Shown: positions 1 to 9,824 of the stretch, one piece after another | Position numbering within the stretch: the stretch's first letter is position 1 | Layout of the letters: each line of letters opens with the position of its first letter | Source: Candidatus Eiseniibacteriota bacterium | GTDB lineage: Bacteria; Eisenbacteria; RBG-16-71-46 | Assembly: GCA_963717935.1 (NCBI GenBank) | Contig: CAVQXP010000001.1 | Span: 128,001 to 192,000 of the forward strand | Direction: 5' to 3' | DNA length: 64,000 bases | Program-made: the position numbers and the translations under genes | The notes under the pieces: model-generated | What the model saw: the letters and a program-made list of their open reading frames with translations, nothing else | What the model was told of the DNA's origin: nothing | The model's database searches: none

Positions 1-612
1 AGTCAGGACTCACGCCGGACCGCATCCGTGAACGATTCGGCTGGCACGGCGATGCTGATCAACCACCTGCGGGCCAACATCGACGACATCCACGACGTCT
101 CCATGAGGTTCCATCATCTCGATCATCGGTTGAACGGCCTGATCCGGATCGACATGCATTGGGCCGACGGCCGGATGACGTCTTCGTCGGTGGCCACGAA
201 CGAGACCAACAGCCGCGCTTTCGCGGACGCCCTGGTGGCGCGTCTCAAGATGTGGCACATCGAGGACCTGGCCGGCGATTTCGACATCAGCCTTCCGTTG
301 CGGATCAGGATCGTCGGAAGCGATGATTCGACGTTCTCCGAGAAGGGGATCCTGACCGGCGTGATCCGTGACAGGAATGGCGCCCCCGTGAGGGACGCCA
401 CCCTGGAATTCCGTTCCGCGGCCGACCCGAGCGACACGCTGCGCACCTGCCATTCGAATCGCGAAGGCGTGTTCGTGAAGACGCTGATCCCGGTCGGAAA
501 GTGGGATGTCGAGTGCAGAGCGAAGGGCTTCGAGCGCGTGGTGTTACGAAACGTCGGCTTCAGGAAGGGCGCGCACCTCCGAAGGACGATCGCTCTGCAG
601 CGGCTGGAATAG
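1..612 (+). CDS. 5'-truncated protein: AgmX/PglI/TonB-C-like domain plus carboxypeptidase-regulatory-like (CarboxypepD_reg) domain
   Basis: Frame is open from base 1 to TAG at 610-612. C-terminal half has the GILTGVIRDRNGAPVRDATL...SNREGVF...IPVGKWDV...AKGF pattern of CarboxypepD_reg beta-sandwiches. Confidence 0.55.
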   Translation, partial: SQDSRRTASVNDSAGTAMLINHLRANIDDIHDVSMRFHHLDHRLNGLIRIDMHWADGRMTSSSVATNETNSRAFADALVARLKMWHIEDLAGDFDISLPLRIRIVGSDDSTFSEKGILTGVIRDRNGAPVRDATLEFRSAADPSDTLRTCHSNREGVFVKTLIPVGKWDVECRAKGFERVVLRNVGFRKGAHLRRTIALQRLE

Positions 613-618
613 CCTCCT

Positions 619-2952
619 TCAGGAACCGGCCTCGGGGACGGTGCGAGCCCGCCACAGGCGCTCCGCCGCCAGGAGCCCGAACGCCGCCAGGTAGAGCCCC
701 GCTCCGGCGAGCAGCGCCAGCCGGAACCCGAACGCGAATGCGCCCAGGACGATGAGGGTCGCGCCCAGGACGGAGCCGACACCGTTCACCGCGAAGCCCC
801 AGTCCACCAGCGGCCCGACGCGCAGCACGCCACGCGGGAACGGCATGCCCATGAAGAAGCCGAGCGGGGCGAGCAGCAACACCGTCACCAGGGCCCGGGC
901 GGGCAGCGGAAGGGCGCTCAGGGCCCCCGTCACGGCCGGGAGCACGCTCACGTCGAGCAGCAACCAGACCACGATGGCGAGAAAGGCCGTGCGGATCGGC
1001 ACGCGCGCCGCGAACCGGCTCCCCACGCCCGCGGCCACCAGCAGGGTGAGCAGGACCGTCGCCATGCTGTAGACCGAGGCGCCGATGAACAGCGTGTACT
1101 TCTGGATCAGGATCACCTCGACGGACATGAAGGCCATCCCGATCAGCAGGAAGTAGAGCCACCCGGCCGCGGGCAGCTTCTCGCGGCTCGTCAGGTACGG
1201 CAGGAGCACGAGCGGGAGCATCAGCACGACGACGATGCCCAGGATGATGAGGATGATGAGCTGCGAGATCGGCAGTCCCATGAGGTCGGCATACGGGCTC
1301 ACCTTCGCCAGCTTGTCCCCCTCCAGGTTCCGCCAGAGACCCATCTGCGCGACGAAGGGCCGGTCGTCGGTGCACGGCGAGATGTTGACCCGGGCGGTGT
1401 CCGCCACCGGCTGCCAGCCGCGGGTGACGATCTGGTTGATGAGCCGGCCCTTCAGCGAATCCGGTGCCGGGTACACGAGGTGCATGTGGGCCAGCCGCTC
1501 GGGCGTGAGCGGCCCGTAGGCCCGATAGCGGATCTCGTCGGTGAGCGGCTGCTTCGAGAGCAGCAGGAGGTGGCGGCGCAGCTTCGGCAGCCGGTAGACG
1601 GCGAAATGCTGCTCCGGCTTCTCCACGCCCAACTGACGGAGCGCGTCCATGACCTCGCTCACGATGCGTGGCATGTACATCTGGTGCTCGATCGACAGGA
1701 AGCCGTCGTCCGTGAGCGCCAGCCAGTAGTCCTTGAAGGCCTCGGTGGTGAACAGGTAGTTCTCGGCGAGCGCGAAGGCGCCGGAGCCGAGCGCGGCCCA
1801 GGAGTTCGAGCTGAGGGAGTAGATGACGTCGAACTTGTCCCGGTGGCGCCGCACGTAGGTTCGCGCGTCCTCGGTGATGACCTTCACGCGCGGGTCGCGG
1901 TAGAGATGGCCCGAGTACTCCGCGCAGGTGACGATCCTGCCGGTCGAGTCCAGCGTCGTGGAGTCGCGCACGACGTAGCCCGACGGGTCCCCCACCAGCA
2001 TCATCCGGTTGATCTGCGGGATGACCTCGACCGCGTGGACCTCCGCGGCGCCCTTTTCCAGCGCCTGCAGCACGTCGGAGCCACCGCCGGAGCCGAGCGA
2101 GAGGAACGTGCACCGCTCGAATCGGTCGACCAGGTAGCCGACGTCGATGTCCCAGCGCGTGTACGTGGTATCACGGCCCACGGCCTTCCAGTCCCCGTCG
2201 AAGGGGAGCACCGGCGTGTTCGCGACGTTGTCGATGTTGATGCCCCGCGCCTCGCCCCCGAAGTCGAAGAGCTTGAGCTTGGCCATCGCGTCCCAGTGCT
2301 TGTAGATCACCGGGGCGCGCTCCTCGCGCCTGGCCTCGAGCAGGCCCTCCGCCCGGGCGCCGAACGCCGCGGCCGCGACGACCAGCACCAGCGGGATCGC
2401 CTTCTGCCAGCCGCGGCTCGCGAGCAGCGCGCCCAGCAGGGCCGGCAGCGGGATCCAGGCCACGGCCAGCGGCGTGCCCAGGACGTTCATGCCCACGACG
2501 GCGACCAGCACGCCCAGGCCGGCGCCGACCAGGTCGGCCATGTAGAGCTTCGGGATCTCGCCGGCGTCGTGCTTGAAGATCATGGACAGGGCCATGCCGC
2601 CGAAGAAGAACGGCAGGCCCAGCGCGAGGATGGTCAGGACGAACTTGCCGATCATGTCCCACCGGCTGAAGAGCAGCGCGAAGTCCACGCCGATGAGGAA
2701 CGTGACGGGCGGCCCGAGCAGCGCCGCGGCGGCCGCGAGGGACAGGATGGGGCCGAGATGGCGCTCCCGATCCAGTCCGGGAACGAGGCGCAGCGCCAGC
2801 GCTCCGAGCCCGAGCCCCAGGACGGCGAGCGAGAGCGTCAGGAACGCGAAGGTGTAGAAGAACTCCGCCGAGAACAGCCGCGTCCAGACGAGTTCCAGGG
2901 CGATGAGCGTGATCGAGACCAGGGCCACGATGATCAGCTTGGTGGCTTTCAT
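619..2952 (-). CDS. Polytopic membrane protein with central spermidine-synthase-like SAM-dependent domain
   Basis: 777-aa ORF with N- and C-terminal TM bundles flanking LSLGSGGGSDV, AVEV, EDARTYV and FDVI motifs plus ENYLFTTEAF. Confidence 0.8.
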   Translation of the reverse strand: MKATKLIIVALVSITLIALELVWTRLFSAEFFYTFAFLTLSLAVLGLGLGALALRLVPGLDRERHLGPILSLAAAAALLGPPVTFLIGVDFALLFSRWDMIGKFVLTILALGLPFFFGGMALSMIFKHDAGEIPKLYMADLVGAGLGVLVAVVGMNVLGTPLAVAWIPLPALLGALLASRGWQKAIPLVLVVAAAAFGARAEGLLEARREERAPVIYKHWDAMAKLKLFDFGGEARGINIDNVANTPVLPFDGDWKAVGRDTTYTRWDIDVGYLVDRFERCTFLSLGSGGGSDVLQALEKGAAEVHAVEVIPQINRMMLVGDPSGYVVRDSTTLDSTGRIVTCAEYSGHLYRDPRVKVITEDARTYVRRHRDKFDVIYSLSSNSWAALGSGAFALAENYLFTTEAFKDYWLALTDDGFLSIEHQMYMPRIVSEVMDALRQLGVEKPEQHFAVYRLPKLRRHLLLLSKQPLTDEIRYRAYGPLTPERLAHMHLVYPAPDSLKGRLINQIVTRGWQPVADTARVNISPCTDDRPFVAQMGLWRNLEGDKLAKVSPYADLMGLPISQLIILIILGIVVVLMLPLVLLPYLTSREKLPAAGWLYFLLIGMAFMSVEVILIQKYTLFIGASVYSMATVLLTLLVAAGVGSRFAARVPIRTAFLAIVVWLLLDVSVLPAVTGALSALPLPARALVTVLLLAPLGFFMGMPFPRGVLRVGPLVDWGFAVNGVGSVLGATLIVLGAFAFGFRLALLAGAGLYLAAFGLLAAERLWRARTVPEAGS

Positions 2953-3304
2953 CCGTCGATGTCCTCTGCGCGCTCGACCGTCTCCTGCGGGGCCGTGGCC
3001 GTTGCGGCGCGGGACGGGCGATCCTGGTGCGACCCATGGGAGCCCGAGTACCGGCCTGCCACCGGCGGCGCCCGGGCATGCGCCCCGGGATCATCCAGCC
3101 AGCGGCCGTCGGGGCTCCGGAATCCGACTGACCTCCCCGCAGGCTAGGCCGGGCCGGCACGGAAGTGGGGCGCAGTTCAGCGAGGGCGGGCAATCCCCGG
3201 ACGGGCGCCACGGAATGCCGCACCGCCGCCGGGCCCGAAGCGGCGCGGCGCGGAACCCGCAGGGGCGTTCCGCGCCGCACGTGATGGAACGGGCTGGCGT
3301 CCCG

Positions 3305-5983
3305 TCAGGCCGCCTTCGCCTCGTCCGCACCATCCTCCGCGTCCTCGTCGTCCCGGACGATGGCGATGGCTTCACGGACATCCGCCGTCATCTTCCTCTC
3401 GTCTCTCAGGCTCTCGACCATGGCCTCGGCCTGCTTCAGCAGGAACCGCAGGGAACCGGCCTTCTCGACCGCCTGCTCGACGACGGCCTTCTGCCCCTGG
3501 AGCGCTTCGAGGCTGGAGCGAACGTCCACCAGGAACCCCTCCGCGCGCGCCAGGCGCTCCTCCGCGCTGGTCATCTGCCGCCGCCGTTCGTCGAGCTCGT
3601 CCGTGGCACCGTGGATCTCCTTCAGGCGCTCCATGACCTGGTCGAGGAGACTGCGGCTCTCCGCGATCTCCCGGCTGGCGGACGTGATCGTGCGGACGTC
3701 GGTGGAGGTCTTCTCCGCCATCGTGAACATCCGGTCGAGATCGCTCCGCAGCGTCTGGATGGTGCCCTGGCGCGCGACGATCTGCTCCAGGGAACGGGAG
3801 ACCGCCTGGTCCACGAGCTCCCAACCGGCCAGCCGCTTCTCGAACTGGTCCAGGCGTTCGTCCACGATCCGCAGGTTGGCGACGCGGTCCTCGATCAGCG
3901 CGGACGTCTCGGCCACGCTCGCCGCCCGCTCGTCCGCCGACCTGAGCGCGGCACCGAGCCGCTTGGCCAGCTCGTCCAGCTGCTGGGCCGACGCAGCGGC
4001 GTCCTGCCGCAGCTTCGACGCCCGCTGGAGCTTCCCGGCCGCCTCCTCGAGCGCGGCCTGCCGCTGGTCGAGCTCCTCGCGCAGCGCCCGGGTGCGCTCC
4101 GCGAGCCCTTCGACCGACTCGCATCGCGCCTCGAACGCCGCCACGGTCTTTCCGGTCGCCGCGGCCTGCCGTGCGGCCTCGTGCACGCTGGAGGAGACGC
4201 TCGCGACCGTCCTGCTGACGCGGTCGGCCTCCTCGGCGTGTGCGGCAAGGGCGATGAACCGCTGTTCCGCTGCATCCATGCGCGTCCGCAGCTGCCGGCC
4301 GCGCTCGTCCAGATCCCCGCCCAGGGCCCCGATCTCGGCGACCTGGCGCTGCAGGGCCTCGACGAATTCGCGCCGCGACTCGATGGACGACATCGACTCG
4401 TTGATGCGCTGCGTCTGCTGCTGCACGATCTCGAGCGACGGCGCCATGTCCTGCAGCTCCCCGACCTGGCTCTTCAGCTCGTCCAGTGATCGCTCCACTC
4501 CCGCCAGCCAGGACCGGGTCTCCGACTGGCTCTCCCGCATGCGGGTGAGCTCGGCATGCGCGACCTGGGTCTGCTCGAGCGAGTCATCCACCATGGCGTG
4601 CGTGCGGCTCAGCACTTCGAGGTCGACCAGGATGGCGTCCACCGCGGGCCGCGCCTCTTCGATCCGCACCACCTGGGCTCCGAGGTCGTGAGCCTTGCGG
4701 CCGACCTCGTCGAGATCGCGGCGGATGGCGTGCAGCCTCTTCACCTCCCCGTCGACCTGGGCCGCCTGGTCCTGGAGGTCGTGCACCTGCGTCGTCAGGG
4801 CGTTCGTCCGGGAGTCCAGATCGCTCAGCGTCTGGCTCGACTCCCGCAATGCCTTGAACCGGTGCTCGAAGTCCGCGAGCGCACCGCGCAGGTCGGCCAC
4901 CCGCTGGCTGACCGACTCCAGGCCCTTGCCTTCGAAGTCGAACCGCTCGACGGCGTTCTTCATCCCGTCCTGCGCCGCCGTCAGCTCGTGGCGGATGATC
5001 CCGGCCTGCTCCTCGGTCTGCCGCTGCATCTGGGTGATCTCGCTGGAACGCTCCAGCACCTGCTCCTGCAGCGACTTCAGGGCGGCGACCGCGTCCTGCA
5101 TCGCGTTCAGGCTCTTCTCGTTCTCCTGCTGCTGCCGGATGCCGGCATCGATCTGGCGCATCGAACGCTCGAGACCCTCCGCCTGCGAGAGCGCGCGATC
5201 GACGGTGTCGCGCTGCGCCTCCAGGGCCGAGGTCTTCTGCGCGAGCGAGTCGCCCAGGGCCTTCAGCGTGCCCAGCTCGCGCTTCACGGCATCGACCGTC
5301 TGCCGTACTCCGTCCATCCCGCGGACCGCCTGGTCGACGCCGACGACCCGCCGCTCCTTGTCCTGCAGGTCGCGGCTGAGTTCGTCGCGACGCCGGTCGA
5401 GCGCCTCCATCTTCGACATGGCGAGCTTGTGCGCGTCCATCAGCCGTTCATGCTGCTCGCGAAGGCGCCCCAGGTGCTCGCCCGTGCCCTCGACCTGCCC
5501 GCGCAACGCGTTGGCGTCGTCCCGCAGGACCTGGAACGGCTTGTCCACCTCGAGGAACGCCTCCAGCCCGTCCTTCAGGCTCGCGGCGAGATCCACCTTC
5601 TGGCTCAGCTCCTCGAACACCTCGCGGATGTGCCCGGAATCCTCCAGCACGGTGGCGAAGTGGGCCTCGGCCTGCTGCTGATTCTGCGCCAGGCCCTCGG
5701 AGCGCTCGTCCAGCGTCTGGATCCGTGCCGAGATCGGCGCGATGGCCTCGAGGCGCTGCTCCACGTCGCGAAGGCGTGTGCTCACCGCATCGACGTCGCT
5801 CCCCACCCTGGCCACGGGCTCGCCCAGCTGGTCGAGCCGGTCGGCCGCGGCGCGCGAGTGGTGGAGCAGGGCGGCGAAGCGTTCGCGTTCCTGACGCATC
5901 TCCTGCAGGAGCGCGCGCAGGTCCTCGGCGAATTCCCGGTCCTTGGAACCGTCACCGAGCAGGTTCTTGAGAAGAGAGGCCAT
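3305..5983 (-). CDS. Long coiled-coil protein, function unknown
   Basis: 892 aa of near-continuous heptad-like E/Q/R/L/A sequence. No Walker A, no TM segment. GGAG upstream of ATG. Confidence 0.8.
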   Translation of the reverse strand: MASLLKNLLGDGSKDREFAEDLRALLQEMRQERERFAALLHHSRAAADRLDQLGEPVARVGSDVDAVSTRLRDVEQRLEAIAPISARIQTLDERSEGLAQNQQQAEAHFATVLEDSGHIREVFEELSQKVDLAASLKDGLEAFLEVDKPFQVLRDDANALRGQVEGTGEHLGRLREQHERLMDAHKLAMSKMEALDRRRDELSRDLQDKERRVVGVDQAVRGMDGVRQTVDAVKRELGTLKALGDSLAQKTSALEAQRDTVDRALSQAEGLERSMRQIDAGIRQQQENEKSLNAMQDAVAALKSLQEQVLERSSEITQMQRQTEEQAGIIRHELTAAQDGMKNAVERFDFEGKGLESVSQRVADLRGALADFEHRFKALRESSQTLSDLDSRTNALTTQVHDLQDQAAQVDGEVKRLHAIRRDLDEVGRKAHDLGAQVVRIEEARPAVDAILVDLEVLSRTHAMVDDSLEQTQVAHAELTRMRESQSETRSWLAGVERSLDELKSQVGELQDMAPSLEIVQQQTQRINESMSSIESRREFVEALQRQVAEIGALGGDLDERGRQLRTRMDAAEQRFIALAAHAEEADRVSRTVASVSSSVHEAARQAAATGKTVAAFEARCESVEGLAERTRALREELDQRQAALEEAAGKLQRASKLRQDAAASAQQLDELAKRLGAALRSADERAASVAETSALIEDRVANLRIVDERLDQFEKRLAGWELVDQAVSRSLEQIVARQGTIQTLRSDLDRMFTMAEKTSTDVRTITSASREIAESRSLLDQVMERLKEIHGATDELDERRRQMTSAEERLARAEGFLVDVRSSLEALQGQKAVVEQAVEKAGSLRFLLKQAEAMVESLRDERKMTADVREAIAIVRDDEDAEDGADEAKAA

Positions 5984-6502
5984 CGTAGACTCCGTGGAAC
6001 GCGCCGCCCGGTCGGCCCGGTCTGGGCCACCGGTGTTGCGGCGTGAGGGTTTGACCGCCTCGCGTGACGTGGACGCTGGAAGCGGAGTCGAGGTTGCGCG
6101 ACGAACGTCGAGTGCAAGAGACAGACCCTTTCCGGCAAGAGCCTCCGCTCCATCGGCTGCCGTCCGTCAGGAGGATGCCGTGCAGCGCGTGCGTCCGCCC
6201 AAGCTCAAGGCGCAGAGCGAGTTCGGGCGCACCTGCGGCGGGCGACCTGTGTCGCTCGGGAGACGGTCCGCCGGGCGCGGTCCCGGCGGGGGACCTTCCG
6301 GCGCCCACAAATGCACCACGGGGGGGGCACGGACTTGGCCGAGTGCGAGACGCCGGGACGGGGCACCGCCGGCCTGCACCGGCGCCGACTCCGGGTTCTT
6401 CTCCGGCGCGCTGCCCCACGAGCGGGCCACTCGCGGCCCCGGCCGCTCTGATGGCATGATGCCCGGCGCCCGTGCCGGCTCTCCCCCGGCGGGCCGGAGG
6501 TC

Positions 6503-8647
6503 ATGTTGGCTGAGACGAAGCACCCGCCCGCGCCGCGCGACCGCGCGGGGGTCCTCGGGTTGATCCTGCTGGGACTGCTCCCCGTCGTGGGCCGGTTCGC
6601 CTCGCCGACCCTGGCGTGGGGCTTCCACCTGACCGCCTACCTCCCGCTCGGCGCGTGGCTCGTCTCGATCGCGGGCTGGGGGCTGCTGTTCGTCCCGCCC
6701 TGGCGGCGATTCGTCGAGCATCTCCTCTACGACCGGCTGGGCGGAGCGCTCTTCGAAGCCCCGGCGAGACGGTCGTGGCTGCCCGCGCTCGGGCTCGCCC
6801 TGGTCGCGGCCGTGACGTTCTCGCTGCTCTCCGTCCCGACGCACCTGCTGGGCGACGGCGTCCTGGTCGGCGAGATGGTCGGCAAGGGCGCGAGGTTCCG
6901 CGCCACCGACGGGATGGACTTCCTCCTCCACCGGCTCGCCCGCGAAACGATCGCTCCCGCCGGCGACCTCGGGGCCGCCTTCCGGCTCTACGCGTGGGGC
7001 AGCCGTCTCGCGGGGCTGCTCGGTGTGCTGACCGCCCTTTTCCTGCTGCGGCGCTGCCGTCTGCCCGTCCCCACGCGCGTGCTGCTCCTGCTGCTCTGCT
7101 TCCTCTCCGCCTCGACGCTGCTCTACTGCGGCTACGTCGAGTCGTACGGCTTCCTCTCGGTGGCGGTGCTCGGCTTCCTCTGGTCGGGAGCCATGGCACA
7201 GCGGGGCGAGGTCCCGCCCTGGATACCGGGCGTCTGTTTCGGCTTCGCGCTGTTCTTCCACATGACGGCGCTGCTCGCGCTGCCGGCCCTCGCCTGGCTG
7301 GTCCTGCGGCCGGGCCCCCCGGGGGTTGCGCGCGGCCGCTGGGCGCTGAGCCTGCTGCTGCCCGCTGCCGTCCTGCCGCTCACCGCGGTCCTCGCCCACG
7401 CGGCCCTGGGCTTCGATGCGGCCTGGCTGCAGCGCGAGTTCCTCGACAACTCGAACCAGCGTTCGCTGCTGGTCGCGCTGAGCGGCGATCACGGGCTGCT
7501 CTCCGCGGTCCACTGGAAGGACCTGGCCAACTGGCTCCTGCTCGTCGTGCCCGTGCCGGCCTGGCTGATCCTGAGTCGCAGCGGCACGCTGCGCCGGCGC
7601 GCCCGGGAGCCCGAGCTGGCGTTCCTGCTCGTCCAGACCGCCTGCCTGGGGATCGCCTTCATCCTGGTGGACCGCAAGCTGGGCAGCGCCCGTGACTGGG
7701 ATCTCTTCGCGCCGCACGTCGCGGGGCTCGGCTGGATCGCCGCGCGGCTGTGGGAGCCGGAGAGCGCCGCACGCGGCGACGCGCGTCCGTGGCCCGGCCT
7801 GCGCTTCGCGGCGCCCTGGGTCGCGCTCCTGATCGCCTGGCCGTGGTTCGCGGTCAACGCCTCGCGCGACGCGTCGCTGCGGCGCTTCGCCGAGGTCCAG
7901 ACCGACTTCGCGCCCTATCCACGCGCCTACGCGACCCAGGACCTGGCGAAGTACCACCGGGACCATGGGGACATGGAGCGCTCCGTCCTGCTGTGCGAGG
8001 AGAGCGTGAGGATCTTCCCGCACAACGCGCGCTTCCATGCGCTGCTGGGAACGAACTACATGGCCCTCGGCCGCATCGAAGAGGCCCAGCGGCAGTTCGA
8101 CGAGGCGCTCCGGATCGATCCCGGCAACTGGGTGGTGTTCGACATGAGGGCGAAGCTCGCGCTCCAGCGCGAGGATTACGCGACCGCGCTCGACCTCTAC
8201 CGCAGGCAGACGCGGCTGAACCCCGCCAACCCCGAGGTCTGGGCGGGGCTCGGATACACCGCCTTCCGGCTGGGCGACATCGAGGAGGCGCACGGCGCCT
8301 TCCTGCGCGCGAGCGACCTCGTGGATGACCCGCAGTACGACTACTACGCCGGCATCGCCAGCGCCTCACTCGGGCGCTGGGACGAGGCGGTCGGCCGGTT
8401 CCGGCGCGCGGTGCGCGGCGGCCGGGAGGGGCTCTACTTCTACGGGCTGGCCATGACGCTCGAAGCCCGCGAGGCCGCGCACCTCGCCGGGGGCCGGGCG
8501 GTGGATCCGGCCAGCCTCCGGGCGGCGGCGCAGGCCGCGGCCCGCGCCGGGCGGCTCGCGCCGCAGAATCCCCGGATCGTCTGGTACCGGGACCACATCG
8601 GCCGGGTCCTGTCGGGGCAGGAGCCCCCGGCCGTCGTGCCCCGGTGA
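6503..8647 (+). CDS. Multi-TM membrane protein (GT-C-like) with C-terminal TPR repeats
   Basis: GGAGG RBS, many hydrophobic helices (GYVESY, ARDWDLF loops), then TPR-like repeats (LGTNYMALGRIEEAQRQFDEALRIDP). Confidence 0.7.
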   Translation: MLAETKHPPAPRDRAGVLGLILLGLLPVVGRFASPTLAWGFHLTAYLPLGAWLVSIAGWGLLFVPPWRRFVEHLLYDRLGGALFEAPARRSWLPALGLALVAAVTFSLLSVPTHLLGDGVLVGEMVGKGARFRATDGMDFLLHRLARETIAPAGDLGAAFRLYAWGSRLAGLLGVLTALFLLRRCRLPVPTRVLLLLLCFLSASTLLYCGYVESYGFLSVAVLGFLWSGAMAQRGEVPPWIPGVCFGFALFFHMTALLALPALAWLVLRPGPPGVARGRWALSLLLPAAVLPLTAVLAHAALGFDAAWLQREFLDNSNQRSLLVALSGDHGLLSAVHWKDLANWLLLVVPVPAWLILSRSGTLRRRAREPELAFLLVQTACLGIAFILVDRKLGSARDWDLFAPHVAGLGWIAARLWEPESAARGDARPWPGLRFAAPWVALLIAWPWFAVNASRDASLRRFAEVQTDFAPYPRAYATQDLAKYHRDHGDMERSVLLCEESVRIFPHNARFHALLGTNYMALGRIEEAQRQFDEALRIDPGNWVVFDMRAKLALQREDYATALDLYRRQTRLNPANPEVWAGLGYTAFRLGDIEEAHGAFLRASDLVDDPQYDYYAGIASASLGRWDEAVGRFRRAVRGGREGLYFYGLAMTLEAREAAHLAGGRAVDPASLRAAAQAAARAGRLAPQNPRIVWYRDHIGRVLSGQEPPAVVPR

Positions 8648-8809
8648 CATCGCGGCCTCCCCGCGCCACCCCTCCGCGGCGACTCCTCCACAGTTGCTCC
8701 GGAATCCGAGTCTGGCTAACCTGCCGGGGCTCGGCCCAGATGGCCTGACCGTCGGCAAGCTTGGGAACGTCCCTGGGCGCCCCCGACTGGAAGCAAAGGA
8801 GACGGAGCC

Positions 8810-9682
8810 ATGCGTAAACCAGTCCTGTTCGCCCTGATCGCCGTCGTCGTAGCTCTGGCCGTCGTCGCTGCGGTGCTCTTCACGAGGTATCGGAACGTCA
8901 CGACGGAGTACACGAACCTGCGTCTGGCAGAGGAGACGGCCCGGGTCGGCTACAGCGAGGCCTTCAACGCCATCACCGAGATCCAGGACAGCCTGAACGC
9001 CATCGCCGTCGGTGACACCACGGTGCAGATGCTGTCGACCGGGGCCCAGTCGGAGTTGAACGTCACCGAGGCGGTGCGGCGCCAGGCGCTCGACCGCGTC
9101 AACGTCCTCAACGCGAGCCTGCAGCGCAACAAGGAGAAGATCCGCAGGCTGGAGGCCAACCTGCGGAAGAGCGGGGTCAAGGTCGTCGGTCTGGAGAAGA
9201 TGATCGTCACCCTGAAGCAGACGATGATCGAGAAGGAGGCGCTCGTCGCCCAACTCACGGGCCGGGTGGACTCCCTGCAGACCTCGGTCACCGGGCTGAC
9301 GACCGAGGTGCAGCAGGGCCAGGAGACGATCCGGGCCCGGGAACAGACGATCGAGGAGAAGCGGCGCGAGCTGGCGACGATCTACTACGTCGTCGGCTCG
9401 AAGAAGGAACTCAGCCTGCTGGGCTTCATCGCGGCGAAGGGCGGCGTGCTCGGCATCGGCAAGACCGTGAAGGCCACGGGCCGCTACAACGAGAGCTATT
9501 TCACCTCGCTGGACACCGAGCAGGAGAGCATCATCCCCACCTCGGCGGCCAAGGCGCAGGTCGTGAGCGCCCAGCCCCCGGCGAGCTACGAGCTGAAGAC
9601 CGTGGGCGGCCAGGTGGAGCTCCACATCCTCGATCCGAAGGAGTTCCGCACGGTCAAGCACCTCGTCATCATGACGAAATAG
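8810..9682 (+). CDS. Membrane-anchored coiled-coil protein resembling the Bacteroidota Cbp1-like family
   Basis: N-terminal TM, coiled coil, and C-terminal YYVVGSKKEL..GGVLGIGK..YFTSLD..SYEL..ILDPKEF..KHLVI signature. Confidence 0.65.
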   Translation: MRKPVLFALIAVVVALAVVAAVLFTRYRNVTTEYTNLRLAEETARVGYSEAFNAITEIQDSLNAIAVGDTTVQMLSTGAQSELNVTEAVRRQALDRVNVLNASLQRNKEKIRRLEANLRKSGVKVVGLEKMIVTLKQTMIEKEALVAQLTGRVDSLQTSVTGLTTEVQQGQETIRAREQTIEEKRRELATIYYVVGSKKELSLLGFIAAKGGVLGIGKTVKATGRYNESYFTSLDTEQESIIPTSAAKAQVVSAQPPASYELKTVGGQVELHILDPKEFRTVKHLVIMTK

Positions 9683-9691
9683 CCGTCAGGC

Positions 9692-9716
9692 TCGGGGCCG
9701 GCTCAGCCGGCCCCGA
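9692..9716 (+). terminator. GC-rich hairpin after the Cbp1-like gene
   Basis: tcggggccggct-c-agccggccccga inverted repeat about 10 nt after the stop. No U-tract. Confidence 0.45.
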
Positions 9717-9824
9717 CGGAGGCCCGCGGAGATCGTGCCGCGGGTCTTCGTGTCTGCGTCCCCCGCGCGGAACCCGTTGCGTGCGCCCCATCGGAGTCGT
9801 AGCCTTCCGCGCAGGAGGTGCCTG

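Noticed and set aside
3305..5983. SMC/SbcC or chemoreceptor call
   Set aside because: No Walker A/B, signature or MCP hairpin motif.
6113..6128. Sigma54-like GG-N10-GC site on the minus strand upstream of the coiled-coil gene
   Set aside because: The -12 TTGCA is good, but the -24 element (GGGTCT) is far from TGGCAC, so it is too weak to call.
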